Positions 28,763-39,150 of a stretch of DNA of 64,000 nt are shown piece by piece; positions within the stretch are counted from its first letter, which is position 1; each line of letters opens with the position of its first letter. The notes under the pieces are model-generated. The model had not been told where the DNA came from. It did not search any database and worked only from the letters and a program-made list of their open reading frames with translations. The DNA is from Spirochaetaceae bacterium (GTDB lineage: Bacteria > Spirochaetota > Spirochaetia > DSM-2461). A program made the translations under genes and the position numbers. The DNA lies in NCBI GenBank assembly GCA_965232165.1, contig CBDDOY010000002.1:479478-543477 (forward strand). The letters are read 5' to 3'.

Positions 28763-29466
28763 AGGGCGCACTATACGGCATCGGCCTGGGCCCGGGGGAT
28801 CCGCAACTGATAACCTTGAAGGCTCATGTTATTCTACAAGAGGCTGATATTATCCTCATCCCTCAGAGCGCCAAAACGGGCAGGTCTGCGGCCAGAGATA
28901 TTATCGACGGCTTAGCGATTACCGGAAAGGCCGAATACCGTGAATTGCGTTACCGCATGGATAAAAAAAAACTGGATGAGTTCTGGAAAGAGCAGGCCGC
29001 CAAGGTGGTGAGGGAAATCGAGGCCGGCAAGGTCTTGGCCTATGTCACCCTGGGAGATGTGGGGATATACAGCACATTTGGATACCTTCAGCAAGCTCTT
29101 TCAAGAATAGGCTCCTACAAAGTGGTACGCATCCCGGGTATTTCCTCCTTTCAACTGGCTGCCGCGCGATTGGGTTTGGATTTGGCCTTGGGTGAAGAAA
29201 ACCTGGGCATCTTTCCTCTTCCAAAAGATATAAATGACCTAGACGGCATCATCACGGCCCATGATGCCGTGATATTGATGAAGATAGGAAAGCGGCTGCG
29301 GGAACTTCGTGATTGGCTTTGTAAACGCGAAATGGAGATGACTGCATCCTTTGCCCGGCGGGTGGGATTTGATGATGAGTACGTGATACAATCCTTCAAG
29401 GAGCTTCCTCTAGGTGAGGCTGGAGGGCTGTCTGTGGTGATAATCCGTAAGGTGAGAGATGTATGA
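28759..29466 (+). CDS. cbiL: Cobalt-precorrin-2 C20-methyltransferase
   Basis: LYGIGLGPGDPQLITLKA, TLGDVGIYSTF, IPGISSF, LMKIG. Confidence 0.93.
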   Translation: MKGALYGIGLGPGDPQLITLKAHVILQEADIILIPQSAKTGRSAARDIIDGLAITGKAEYRELRYRMDKKKLDEFWKEQAAKVVREIEAGKVLAYVTLGDVGIYSTFGYLQQALSRIGSYKVVRIPGISSFQLAAARLGLDLALGEENLGIFPLPKDINDLDGIITAHDAVILMKIGKRLRELRDWLCKREMEMTASFARRVGFDDEYVIQSFKELPLGEAGGLSVVIIRKVRDV

Positions 29467-30215
29467 AGGTGTACTTCGTAGGCGCAGGTCCGGGCGATCC
29501 ACAGCTCATCACGGTCAAAGGCCGCGATCTTCTCACGCAGGCGGACATCGTCATTTACACCGGCAGTCTGGTGCCGGATAAGATCCTTAAATGCTGTAGA
29601 GCCGAAGCAAGACTCCTGGATTCCGCCGGAATGAACCTCGATGAGATTCTCAAGCTGTACTTTGAGGAGCGGGGAAATCAAGGCATCATCGTCCGTCTGC
29701 ACACAGGCGATCCGGCACTGTACGGAGCGATTCAAGAACAGATTGACCAATTACACGCCTGGGACATTCCTTTCCATGTCGTTCCGGGAGTATCATCCTT
29801 TCAGGCGGCTTCCGCCATTTTGGAGAGACAATTCACCCTCCCTGGGGTGAGTCAGACCATCGTCCTCACCCGGCTGGAGGGCCGCACCGCCGTCCCAGAG
29901 TCCGAAAGACTGGAAGTTTTGGCGGAAAGCCGGGCCACGCTGGTTATCTTCCTGTCGGTGGACAGGGCCGGGGAAATTCAGCGCCGTCTCATACCCATAC
30001 TTGGGCAGGAAATGCCCATCGCTGTCGTCTATAGGGCGACCTGGGAAGATCAGGTATTGCTGAAAGGCTGCCTGGGCAATCTTGAACATCTCTGTAACGA
30101 GGCCGGCATCAGCAGGCATGCCCTCATCATTGTCGGACGGGTGCTGGATTGTGAATACGAGAAATCAAGACTCTATTCTGCGGACTTCAGTCATGGATAC
30201 CGTCAGGGGCAATAA
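29463..30215 (+). CDS. cbiF: Cobalt-precorrin-4 C11-methyltransferase
   Basis: VYFVGAGPGDPQLITVKG, RLHTGDPALYGAIQEQ, SRLYSADFSHGYR. Confidence 0.95.
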   Translation: MKVYFVGAGPGDPQLITVKGRDLLTQADIVIYTGSLVPDKILKCCRAEARLLDSAGMNLDEILKLYFEERGNQGIIVRLHTGDPALYGAIQEQIDQLHAWDIPFHVVPGVSSFQAASAILERQFTLPGVSQTIVLTRLEGRTAVPESERLEVLAESRATLVIFLSVDRAGEIQRRLIPILGQEMPIAVVYRATWEDQVLLKGCLGNLEHLCNEAGISRHALIIVGRVLDCEYEKSRLYSADFSHGYRQGQ

Positions 30216-30970
30216 TGACGGCAATCAGTTTTATTACCGACAATGGCCGGCTTAGCGCCGAATTCCTTCAAGACAAGCTTGAAGATTCTCAGCTCATTGA
30301 TCTTCGCGGGAAAGGACTGCTGCGAAACTGGGTTGACAGGCATTTTCATGATTACAGCGGGCACATCTTCATCATGTCTCTCGGCATAGTCTACCGCATG
30401 ATAGCCGGGCACATCACAAATAAGTATCAGGATCCGGCCGTCGTCGTCGTAGATGATGCGCGGCGCTACGCCATCAGCGCATTGAGCGGTCACGAGGGCG
30501 GGGCCAATGCCCTCACCTGGAAGGTGTCCGCTTTGGTCGGCTGTGAGGCCGTGATCAGCACCGCCTCGGATACGAACCGGCGCATCACCATGGGCATAGG
30601 CTGCCGCAGGGGGATAGGCATTCCGGCCGTTGAGAAGACGGTCATGAGCGTGCTCGAAAAACATGGATTGAGTAGTCATGATGTGCGTGTGGCCGCAAGT
30701 GTCGATATCAAGAGAGACGAGCAGGGTTTGATCATGGCTTTTGAAAACATGGCCATGCCCTTGGTTTTTCTCGATTCCAGCCGAATCAAAGCCTTCTCGG
30801 GTTTTTCCACCCCATCCAAGGCGGCCATGAAGAATCTTGGCCTGCCCGGTGTGAGTGAACCCTGCGCCCTGCTGCTGGGCAGAAGGGCTGTCCTGATACA
30901 GCCCCGCTACGCCGCCGATGGTGTCACCGTGGCACTGGCCCGGGAGGATGAGCAGGAGGACGTACATTGA
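30215..30970 (+). CDS. cbiG: Cobalt-precorrin-5A hydrolase (short form)
   Basis: DPAVVVVDD...ISALSGHEGGAN, MGIGCRRG, VSEPCAL. Confidence 0.9.
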   Translation: MTAISFITDNGRLSAEFLQDKLEDSQLIDLRGKGLLRNWVDRHFHDYSGHIFIMSLGIVYRMIAGHITNKYQDPAVVVVDDARRYAISALSGHEGGANALTWKVSALVGCEAVISTASDTNRRITMGIGCRRGIGIPAVEKTVMSVLEKHGLSSHDVRVAASVDIKRDEQGLIMAFENMAMPLVFLDSSRIKAFSGFSTPSKAAMKNLGLPGVSEPCALLLGRRAVLIQPRYAADGVTVALAREDEQEDVH

Positions 30971-31725
30971 AGGGGTTCATGCATGTTGTCAGCATAGGTC
31001 CCGGAGATGCCGATCATCTCACCGCAGGGGCGAATATGGCACTTCAGGCTGCCGATGTAATTGCCGGTTATGACGGCTATCTGCAATACATAGCCGACTA
31101 TCTCGAAGGAAAGGAAGTCATTTCCAGCGGCATGCGCGGCGAGGTTGAACGCTGCCGGAACGCCCTTTCCCAGTTTCGCGGGGGCAGACGGGTTGTTCTG
31201 GTATCGGGGGGAGACGCTGGGGTGTATGGCCTGGCCGGTCTTGTTTTAGAACTGATGTCCCCTGCAGAGCGGGCCAGTCTTCTCATCCTGCCGGGTGTCA
31301 CTTCGGCAACCGCCTGCGCCGCGCTGCTCGGCGCTCCTCTCACCCATGACTTTGCAGTTATTTCGCTCAGTGATCTGCTCACCGATGCGAAACTCATCGA
31401 GAAACGCCTGGACTTGGCCGCAAAGGGGGATTTTGTCACCGTGCTTTACAACCCCCGAAGCCTTAGCCGGCGGCATTTGTTCCTGAGAACCATAGATATT
31501 TTTCTTAAGCATAGGGAAGCCCATACCCCTGTTGGATTGGTTCGCAATGCCTACAGAGATGAACAGAGGGTTGAAATCGTTCAGTTAACCGACTTATACG
31601 CTCAAGACTGGGTGGATATGAAAACAACCGTCATCATTGGAAACAGTCAAACCATGTCATCGGGACACAGAATGATTACACCTCGCGGATACCAGATATG
31701 CCGGACTGACGAAGCGGTTGTGTAG
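30967..31725 (+). CDS. cbiH: Cobalt-precorrin-3 C17-methyltransferase
   Basis: VSGGDAGVYGLAG, GAPLTHDFAVISLSDLLT, LYNPRS, MITPRGY. Confidence 0.95.
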   Translation: MKGFMHVVSIGPGDADHLTAGANMALQAADVIAGYDGYLQYIADYLEGKEVISSGMRGEVERCRNALSQFRGGRRVVLVSGGDAGVYGLAGLVLELMSPAERASLLILPGVTSATACAALLGAPLTHDFAVISLSDLLTDAKLIEKRLDLAAKGDFVTVLYNPRSLSRRHLFLRTIDIFLKHREAHTPVGLVRNAYRDEQRVEIVQLTDLYAQDWVDMKTTVIIGNSQTMSSGHRMITPRGYQICRTDEAVV

Positions 31726-31739
31726 GATCTCGAAGATTG

Positions 31740-32290
31740 TCGGCCTGCAAGCGATGTATTCACTAAGCTTCTGGTCTGTTCACGGCTCTGATAAATTCGT
31801 TTTATGGGCACCTCTAAGAAACAGCTTTAGGAAATTGACGAAGAAATTTTTTGTCGATACAAGGCGGCAAAAGCTCAAGCGCAGCTTAGGCTACGTGAGC
31901 ATTTTGACAACGCAGTAGCGGTGGAAAAGTTCGAGTCAAGAACTAAATGGGGTTTTTTAGAGGTGCCCTTATATCAGTATTGGATATATTCGGCTCATTC
32001 CACAATGGCAATCACTTCAATGCCGCAACAATACGGAGTCATGACTGAAAAACTGGCACAGGGTATAATTGTCTTCAAGAAGTTTATCAATGAGGGCTGC
32101 TACATGCGGTCATCAGTAATGAGTATCATTTCTTACTGGATATCCTGAAGATTATGAAATCAGCGGGCATAAGATCAGCCGTTCTCTGGCCAATGAAGCA
32201 TCTACCTGAAGATATTCCCGCAATCCTGGAATTTTATGGATCAGGCTGCAGCCGTTAATCAGGATTCTTGTAACTGCTTCGGCCATGAAA
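31740..32290 (-). pseudogene. Possible NYN/YacP-like nuclease pseudogene split by MITE copy 3
   Basis: Fragments RILINGCSLIHKIPGL...LARERLI and LITDDR, with multiple stops. Weak resemblance only. Confidence 0.35.
31806..31968 (+). mobile_element. MITE copy 3 (163 bp)
   Basis: TIR GGGCACCTCTAA/TTAGAGGTGCCC with a perfect 4-bp target duplication TTAT. Confidence 0.9.
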
Positions 32291-32382
32291 TTAACTATCA
32301 TTGAGGATAAGATAGGGGACAAACAAAAATTGCCGGAATCATGAAATCTCAGTCATCCGGCATTTCTTTGAGTTAGAATGGG

Positions 32383-33612
32383 TTAGTTCTGTTCTTTATA
32401 TTTCCTCAGGACATCGAGCACATAGTCGATATCGGCTTCCTGATGATCAGCATTTACCTGGAACCTGATTTCTTCATCTCCCTTTGGAACAACTGGGAAA
32501 TTCAGTCCAGTGGCAAGAACACCATGGTCAGTTAGAAATTTAACCAGCTCAGCCGTTTTCGGTGTATCCCGAACCATGAGGGGAACAACCGGGTGATCAC
32601 CTTCAATCGTCTCGTAGCCGTACTTGTTCAGGCCAGCTTCAAAGCGTTTGGTCATGGAGCGCAGGTGCCTGAGGATTTTCAGACCACTTGGACTGTCCAG
32701 CAGCTCCAGTGCAGCCATTGCAGCGGACGCTTCTGAGACAGTGATCGGATTGGAGTAGATGTACATGGGAGATGTCTGACGCAGATAGTCCACAATTTCC
32801 TGGGATGTGACAACATAACCGCCATTCACACCAAATCCTTTACCAAGTGTGCCGATGATGAGATCAACCTTTGTTCCGCAGTATTCTTCTGTCCCGCGGC
32901 CAGTTGGACCAATTCCTCCAACACCATGGGAGTCATCGATAACAGTCAGCAGACCTTCTTCGAATTGGCCAGCATACTTTGCACAGATTTCTGCAAATTC
33001 TTTCAGAGGAGCATTATCACCGCGCATACTGAAAATACCATCTGTCACAACCAGGGCTCTTCTGGCAACGCCTGCCCATTCCTGAAGTTTAGCCTCCAGG
33101 TCGGCCATATCATTATGTTCATAGACGGCTTTGCCTTGGGGGCGTGACAAACGCATGGCCTGGATAATGCTGTTGTGATTCAGTGCATCGCTGATATAAA
33201 CAGTTTCCTTTGAAGCCAGCGGCATGAGTACGCCAAGACTGGTAACATAGGCTGAACTGAAAATCATTCCGGCTTCTTTTCCATGAAATTCGGCCAGTCT
33301 TTCTTCCAGGTCAGTATGCGCTTTGTAAGTTCCGCTGATAAAACGGACAGCACCTGGGCCTGTGCCAAATTCCTTGACGGCAGCTTCTTCAGCTTCAATC
33401 ACTTCAGGTCTCATGGACATTCCCAGATAAGAATTAGAATTCATTTTGATGAATTCTTTATTTCCGAATCCTTCGATGAAATAACGTGGACCTGTGGTTT
33501 CTGCTGCAGGTTTGATACCAGTAACCACCATCTCTTCACCTTTGGCAATGCCTTTGGTTTTCAGGTCATCTACGGCTGCCTTAAGGACGGCATTCAATCT
33601 TGTAATGGACAT
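32383..33612 (-). CDS. kbl: 2-amino-3-ketobutyrate CoA ligase (glycine C-acetyltransferase)
   Basis: NSNSYLG, GAVRFISGT, SDALNHNSII, TDGIFSMRG, DDSHGVG, GTLGKGFG (PLP Lys). Confidence 0.92.
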   Translation of the reverse strand: MSITRLNAVLKAAVDDLKTKGIAKGEEMVVTGIKPAAETTGPRYFIEGFGNKEFIKMNSNSYLGMSMRPEVIEAEEAAVKEFGTGPGAVRFISGTYKAHTDLEERLAEFHGKEAGMIFSSAYVTSLGVLMPLASKETVYISDALNHNSIIQAMRLSRPQGKAVYEHNDMADLEAKLQEWAGVARRALVVTDGIFSMRGDNAPLKEFAEICAKYAGQFEEGLLTVIDDSHGVGGIGPTGRGTEEYCGTKVDLIIGTLGKGFGVNGGYVVTSQEIVDYLRQTSPMYIYSNPITVSEASAAMAALELLDSPSGLKILRHLRSMTKRFEAGLNKYGYETIEGDHPVVPLMVRDTPKTAELVKFLTDHGVLATGLNFPVVPKGDEEIRFQVNADHQEADIDYVLDVLRKYKEQN

Positions 33613-33627
33613 CGGTTCCTCCTGCTG

Positions 33628-34575
33628 TCAAAGTTTTTTTGACAGAACGTCAAGCATATCTTTTGTCATGGTATCCAGATCGTATTCCGGTTTCCATCCC
33701 CATTCATCCCGTGCTGCTGAATCATCCATGCTGTTTGGCCAGGATGCGGCAATTTTCTCTTTCAAGCCATCTACATTGTAATCCATTTTGAATTCAGGAA
33801 TGTATTTGCGGATAGATTCTGCAATGATTTCAGGGTCGAAACTCATGGCCGTAACATTGAAAGCATTTCTGTGGATCAGTTTTGCAGGATCAGCTTCCAT
33901 CAGGTCAATGGCGGCTTTGATGGCATCCGGCATATACATCATGTCCAGGAACGCACCGGCAGGCAGATTGCAGGTGTATTTTTTATTCTTGACGGCTTCA
34001 TAATAAATCTCAACAGCATAATCTGTCGTGCCGCCGCCTGGCAAAGTTTCGTTGGAGATGATGCCGGGATAACGAACACCGCGAGTATCAACACCAAAAC
34101 GCGCGAAATAATAATCACAGAGCAATTCTCCGGCAACCTTTGTTACGCCATACATTGTGGAGGGACGCTGAATTGTGTCCTGCGGTGTGTTGTCCAGTGG
34201 AGTAGAAGAACCGAAAGCACCAATTGAACTGGGTACAAATACAGCACAGTTATATTCGCGGGCAACTTCAAGGACATTGGACATACCATTGATATTCACA
34301 TCCCATGCCAGGACTGGATTGGCCTCAGCCGCTGCAGACAGAATAGCTGCGAGATGGTAGATCGTATCAATACTGTATTTCTTCACAACATCAGAAACAG
34401 CGTTTTTATCGATACAGTCCACAACTTCAAAAGGACCTGAATTCAGCAATTTTTCGCTGGGTGGGGTTTTTCTTCCGCCGGCAGCCACATTTTCATTGCC
34501 GTAGCGTTCACGGAGAGCCATCGTGAGTTCCGAACCAATCTGACCTACAGCTCCTGTTACAAGAATTTTCTTCAT
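33628..34575 (-). CDS. tdh: L-threonine 3-dehydrogenase, SDR/NAD-dependent epimerase type
   Basis: GAVGQIG, PSSIGAFG, MYGVTK (YxxxK), PGGGTTDYAVEIY, WPNSMDDS. Directly upstream of kbl. Confidence 0.88.
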   Translation of the reverse strand: MKKILVTGAVGQIGSELTMALRERYGNENVAAGGRKTPPSEKLLNSGPFEVVDCIDKNAVSDVVKKYSIDTIYHLAAILSAAAEANPVLAWDVNINGMSNVLEVAREYNCAVFVPSSIGAFGSSTPLDNTPQDTIQRPSTMYGVTKVAGELLCDYYFARFGVDTRGVRYPGIISNETLPGGGTTDYAVEIYYEAVKNKKYTCNLPAGAFLDMMYMPDAIKAAIDLMEADPAKLIHRNAFNVTAMSFDPEIIAESIRKYIPEFKMDYNVDGLKEKIAASWPNSMDDSAARDEWGWKPEYDLDTMTKDMLDVLSKKL

Positions 34576-34675
34576 GGGCCTCTCCAATTTTATTTCTTGG
34601 ATATCTTGAGATAAAAATATCCACCCCAGTTCATGATAGGAGAAGTTATATTTCCTGTCAAATGAATGATAAAAA

Positions 34676-34735
34676 ATGGACCGCCTTCAAGAATGGAAGC
34701 AATCCATTCTTCAAAAAGCATTTTCCGGTGAATCA
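34676..34735 (+). pseudogene. Type I R-M specificity subunit (HsdS) C-terminal relic
   Basis: LQEWKQSILQKAFSGE resembles the conserved HsdS terminus LKQSILQKAFSGEL. Very short. Confidence 0.4.
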
Positions 34736-35011
34736 GCCTCAAATCCTGATAAAGCACTAAAGGGCGCAGATATGTTTAATGAAAAGAGGGCTCCAAGAAA
34801 TATCTTCCGGCATTCTTGCCAGACTTCTTTGCGGGCTTTACTTGAAATATCACATTCCGTTTCGTCCGGAAAGTTTTCCTCTAAAAAAGTCTCCAGTTGA
34901 TTAGCTCTCCAGCCTATGGGCGCATATCTGACTATTCCAGGTTGTGCCGTCCATTTCCCTCTGGTACGGGAAGCGTATTATTGCTAAATACCCCGAACCT
35001 TGTGTTCACCT

Positions 35012-35523
35012 CTAAACCTGGATGTACAGGGGGCTGTAGCGATTAACCTTCACCCCGGGATTACGCCACTGACTGAACCAGGTCTTGCCCTCTTCCGCAC
35101 CCAGTCTGAGCTTGCTCAGGAATGGCCGCTTCAGCCAATACTTGCCGATTATTTTGTCCAGGTCTGTACGATTAAATCCGGCCTCTTCCACGTGTGTTGT
35201 CATGTCTTTTTTTCGGGCTTCCTGAACCCGCCGGGCAATCGGCGGTAGACGGCCATGCGCGTCATCATCGCACTGGGACACCGTGCAAACTGTACCGTCT
35301 GCCGCACATGATTGCAGGCATCTTTGCGAATCTGACGGTCAAGGTAATTCACAGGGAATAGTGGATTGTCTTTATTCCTGAACTCATTTGAGGATATACA
35401 TTCATGAAGAAAGTATTTCCTGAAATCCTCAATCTTGGCGAAGGCCCGTGTATACTATTTGTGAAGGTCTGTCGTCAATATCTTTCCGGTAACCTTCTTA
35501 TCTTCAAGCAGTTGAATAAGACC
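35012..35523 (-). pseudogene. C-terminal fragment of an unclassified putative transposase
   Basis: LTTDLHK*Y...ISSNEFRNKDNPLFPVNYLDRQIRKDACNHVRQTVQFAR. I recall this motif from spirochaete IS-like hypothetical proteins. Cut by the IS30 end. Confidence 0.45.
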
Positions 35524-36393
35524 TTCCCCGCGTTCAATGAGTCAAAGCAACACCGGCGACATATTCATAAGGGGTCAGAAAGCCAAGGCGCTTCCTGGGA
35601 CGTGTGTTTAACCTGTATTCGAGCATAGCCACATCTTCATCGGAGATCAAGGCGTAGCTGGTCTTTTTAGGCCAAACCCGGCGAGTCAGACCGACGGCAT
35701 TCTCAACACTGCCCTTTTCCCAGGAGCTGTAGGGATTACAGAAATAAGTATTGATCCCCAGCTTATCCCGAAGAGGATGATGACGGCGATTTTCCTGACC
35801 GTTATCAAAAGTAATAGATCGGCGCATAGAGGGGGGCAGATCAATCAGCTTCTCAACGAGGGCTGCATTCATTTCCTTAGGAGCACACCGAGGCAGCTTT
35901 GCCAGAAGTGTAATTCCCAGAACTCGCTCCTGAAGAACCATGAGAGCTTCTTTGCTCTGTCTGCTGACGGCTGTATCGGCCTCTCAGTGTCCTGCCTCCT
36001 GCCGAAGACCGACTTCGTCAGGACGATCTTCGATACCGGTCCGATTGGGTATTAGTGTGCGCCTGCCACGCTTTTGGTGCCGTTTTCGCCGATTTTTCCG
36101 TCCATAGACGAGATATTGTGTCAAATCCCGCCTTTTTTCAAAGATATACATGTATATGGTCTCATGGCTGATGCTTTTCCCTGGAAGATCAATCTCAATT
36201 CTCCCTGCAATTTGCCGGGGACTCCATCCGAGTTCCAGTTTTTCAATGACATATTCACGTATAACCGGATCGCTGATCCTCTCACGTTTCCTGCTTTGCC
36301 GCCTCCGGATCTGTGACCTGCTATTGGCCCAGTATGCCTGATATCGATTGTCTTCGGCGCTGTTGTTTTTGATCTCTCTCGAAATGACCGAAG
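35524..36393 (-). mobile_element. IS30-family transposase pseudogene (5'-truncated, internal TGA)
   Basis: PSVISREI, WSPRQIAGR, SHETIY, GH*EADT (W to stop at 35984), SITFDNGQE, NPYSSWEKGSVEN, LNTRPRKRLGFLTP. Confidence 0.88.
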
Positions 36394-36395
36394 GG

Positions 36396-37885
36396 GGTAC
36401 GGGTTCAGGACATAGGTAACAGATTTCAAGGTTCAGAAGAGGCATCACCCCCCACTTCTTGTGGAGGTAAGTTTTTCTGATTGAAAGGCTTGAAACCATA
36501 GGTTTCTCTGTCGATCAATCCCAGCTCAATATAATGGGCACCTCTAAAAAACCTTATTTCGTTTTTGGCTTGATCTTTTTCCTCGCTGCTGCGTTGTCAA
36601 AATGCTCATGTAGCTTAAGCTAGCTCCGCTTTTGCCGCCTTGCATCAAGAAAAAATCTCTGCGCCAAATTCCAAAAACGGTTTTTTAGAGGTTGCCTAAT
36701 CAAAATAGATCGAGAAGAACGATTCATCAAGATCTGTGATTCCAATTGTTTCCCCCGCAAGAGCCGTACTGATATAAATACTGCTGCGGTCCAGTTTCAG
36801 ACAGCCCGAACGCGAGAGTTTCCGTACCCTGTAAAATAACGGATACCCGATTTCAGTCTTTTCAGATGTATACACTTTCTTTGACTTTTGGTACACATCT
36901 CCCGGACATTTCATACCCAGCTTCTCATGAGGTCTGACCGTGTTGAACTCATGCCGCCACAAATCAGGCGCTTTCTGAATTTCCAAAGCGTCTGATTTAA
37001 TCTGCTTCTGGATATCGGCTTTGATATCCCTGTGCATTCTTTCGTGTCCTCCATTCTGAGACGGCCTGCCCGGATCGATCCGCTCCAGCTGGATTCCAAG
37101 TGAAATCCGCCAGGCCGAAAGCCTTGTAAGACCTCTGACAGAGACGGCGCCGGCAAAGGGGCTTCCGTTATCGCTTTTGATGACTTTGGGCAGGCCGTAG
37201 AGCTTGAAAGTCCTCTCAAAAGCACTTTTAACGTCCTCTGTGCGGGTTGAGCCGAGTATTCCCGCCTCCAGAACGAAACAGCTGAACTCGTCACGGACAG
37301 TTAGCGGTTCACACCGTGAGCGATCTTTGGAGTACCGCCGGCCCTTGAAGTCAACAGTCCAGATATCGTTGGGAGCCAGCGCCTGATGAGGCGCATTGAT
37401 TCGTTCCACAGGGGTTGTTTTACGGTATTTTCTTTCCTGGACAAACCCGCTTTTTTTCAAGACTCTTTTGACACTGCTCAACGAAATGGCATCATTGACC
37501 CTGTTCAAATACAGGGCATGAATTTTCTTCGGTCCCCGCCTGGGATGATCTTTCTTCAACCGGATAATCCTGCAGACAGCCGCTTCTTCCAGCTGATTCG
37601 GACTTACCCTGGGCTGTCGGGATTGATCTTCCAGCCCTTCAAAGCCGTCCTCTGTGAACCGGTTCATCCACTTGTAACCAGTTTTCCGGCTAATTCTGTA
37701 CTCTAAGCATAAACTGCTGAAGTTCTGCTTTCCCTGCTGAACTCGAATAACGAATTCTTCTTTCAAATCCATGGTATTTCTCTCCTGCCACGGCATGTTT
37801 CCACCTCCAAGGTGTTACCATGCTCGGCTAAAAGTGTTACCTATGTCCTGAACCTCGAGTGTTACCTATGTCTTGACCCCTCCCT
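36396..37885 (-). mobile_element. IS481-family element; transposase ORF 36696-37796 truncated by MITE copy 4
   Basis: MPWQE start, ISRKTGYKW HTH, WTVDFKG, IKSDNGSPF, QNGGHERMHR. End motif TGTTACCTATGTCYTGA occurs twice at 37835-37877 and inverted at 36405-36421. Confidence 0.88.
36536..36696 (-). mobile_element. MITE copy 4 (161 bp) inserted in the IS481 transposase
   Basis: TIR GGGCACCTCTAA/TTAGAGGTTGCC with target duplication TAAT. Removing it restores the reading frame ...YFDYIELGLIDRE. Confidence 0.9.
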
Positions 37886-37898
37886 CAGAACCAAAAAT

Positions 37899-37918
37899 CC
37901 CCCCCCCCCCCCCCCCCC
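37899..37918 (+). repeat. Poly-C tract (C20)
   Basis: Homopolymer read directly, lying between the IS481 end and a lipoprotein pseudogene. Confidence 0.85.
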
Positions 37919-37954
37919 GCACAAGTCTAGCCGTTTACTCCTATCATCTCCTGA

Positions 37955-39150
37955 CAGCAGTATTCCTTCAGGCCGCAAAATCGGCGGCGCAAGCAGCATC
38001 TAACTCTTCTACTATCAGTGCCGATCATTGCATTCATCATTGCCTGCAGTGGCGGCAATGATTCTAACTCTTCCAGCGAAGCCCAGATAACCCAGTTGAG
38101 TGTCACCATTAACGGCAAAGATTATGATGTCAGCTTCGTAAACAATGCGGCAGCAGTGGCCATCCCCTCTAATCAAACAATCCCGCAGACGATAACGGTA
38201 AAGAGTGCGGCCCTCTCAGCCGGTGCATCCGGCCCTGACGGACTGGCGGCAGGGCAGCCGCTTACCCTGACTGACGGCAGTGTGAGGCTGACGATAACCG
38301 CCGGGGACGGCATCGCCACAACTGATTATACCATCACCGTCGCCCACCTAATCAGTGCGGCGGAACTGGCGCGTTCCGACACCACTGTGGACGGCAGCAA
38401 GCCGGATGCGTACCGTATTAATTATGGGGCCTTCAGCATCGAAACGACTGCGGCGGGTGCCGGGGATTACCGCCTGGCTGTCCGGGCCGCCTCGAAAACC
38501 GCACCAAATGCCGCGGAAATCCCGAAGCTTCTGCCGCCATCGTCAGAAACCTGTCATCCGCCCCTGTCAATGTGTTCATGAGCTTTCATATAGACACCGA
38601 TCTTTTTGATGCTGATACCGATTGGGCAGGCGATAGCTACAGGGGGGCGAAGGATAAAACTCTGAAAAAAGCTAAGGTGGATTCCGCTGTTCTCCAGGCT
38701 GATACCGAATACAAGCTCTATGCCGTATCGGGAGATCCTTCCATTTCCGATGTCCACACCCTGCTCACCTTCAGAACCGATCAGGGCACGGGTCCAGACT
38801 CAGGAACCTTTTACAATACACCAGTGGGATACACCTATACTGTAAAAGCTGGGGAATCTTTTTTGTTACGCACGTCTTTCAACGGTTCGCTAACTGGGCT
38901 TGTTAGGTATGAGAGAATTGATGGTTCGGACTTGGCTTTTGTCTCTCATAGCAGTGATAATGGAGTAGTCCCTAATGGTGGCAGAGGAAAAACTTTTTAC
39001 TCAAGTCAAGTGGAATCATCACCTACTAATTTGACTATGCTTTCAACGAACTTTGACATCGAACTGATTGGAGTCAATAATGCTGGAGAAGGGAATCTTC
39101 GGATAAGCTATAGAGGCATGAATTTTGACTTTAACTTCATTGTTCAGTGA
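37955..39150 (+). pseudogene. Surface lipoprotein with beta-sandwich domains (no clear start, frameshift at ~38530)
   Basis: In-frame signal peptide RPQNRRRKQHLTLLLSVPIIAFIIA-C lacks an upstream ATG. ORFs 38018-38581 and 38572-39150 join by a frameshift. Confidence 0.65.

Noticed and set aside
4271-39150. Diversity-generating retroelement or shufflon acting on the lipoprotein tips
   Set aside because: No reverse transcriptase, no template/variable repeat pair with A-specific mismatches, and no invertase or inverted cassettes were seen.
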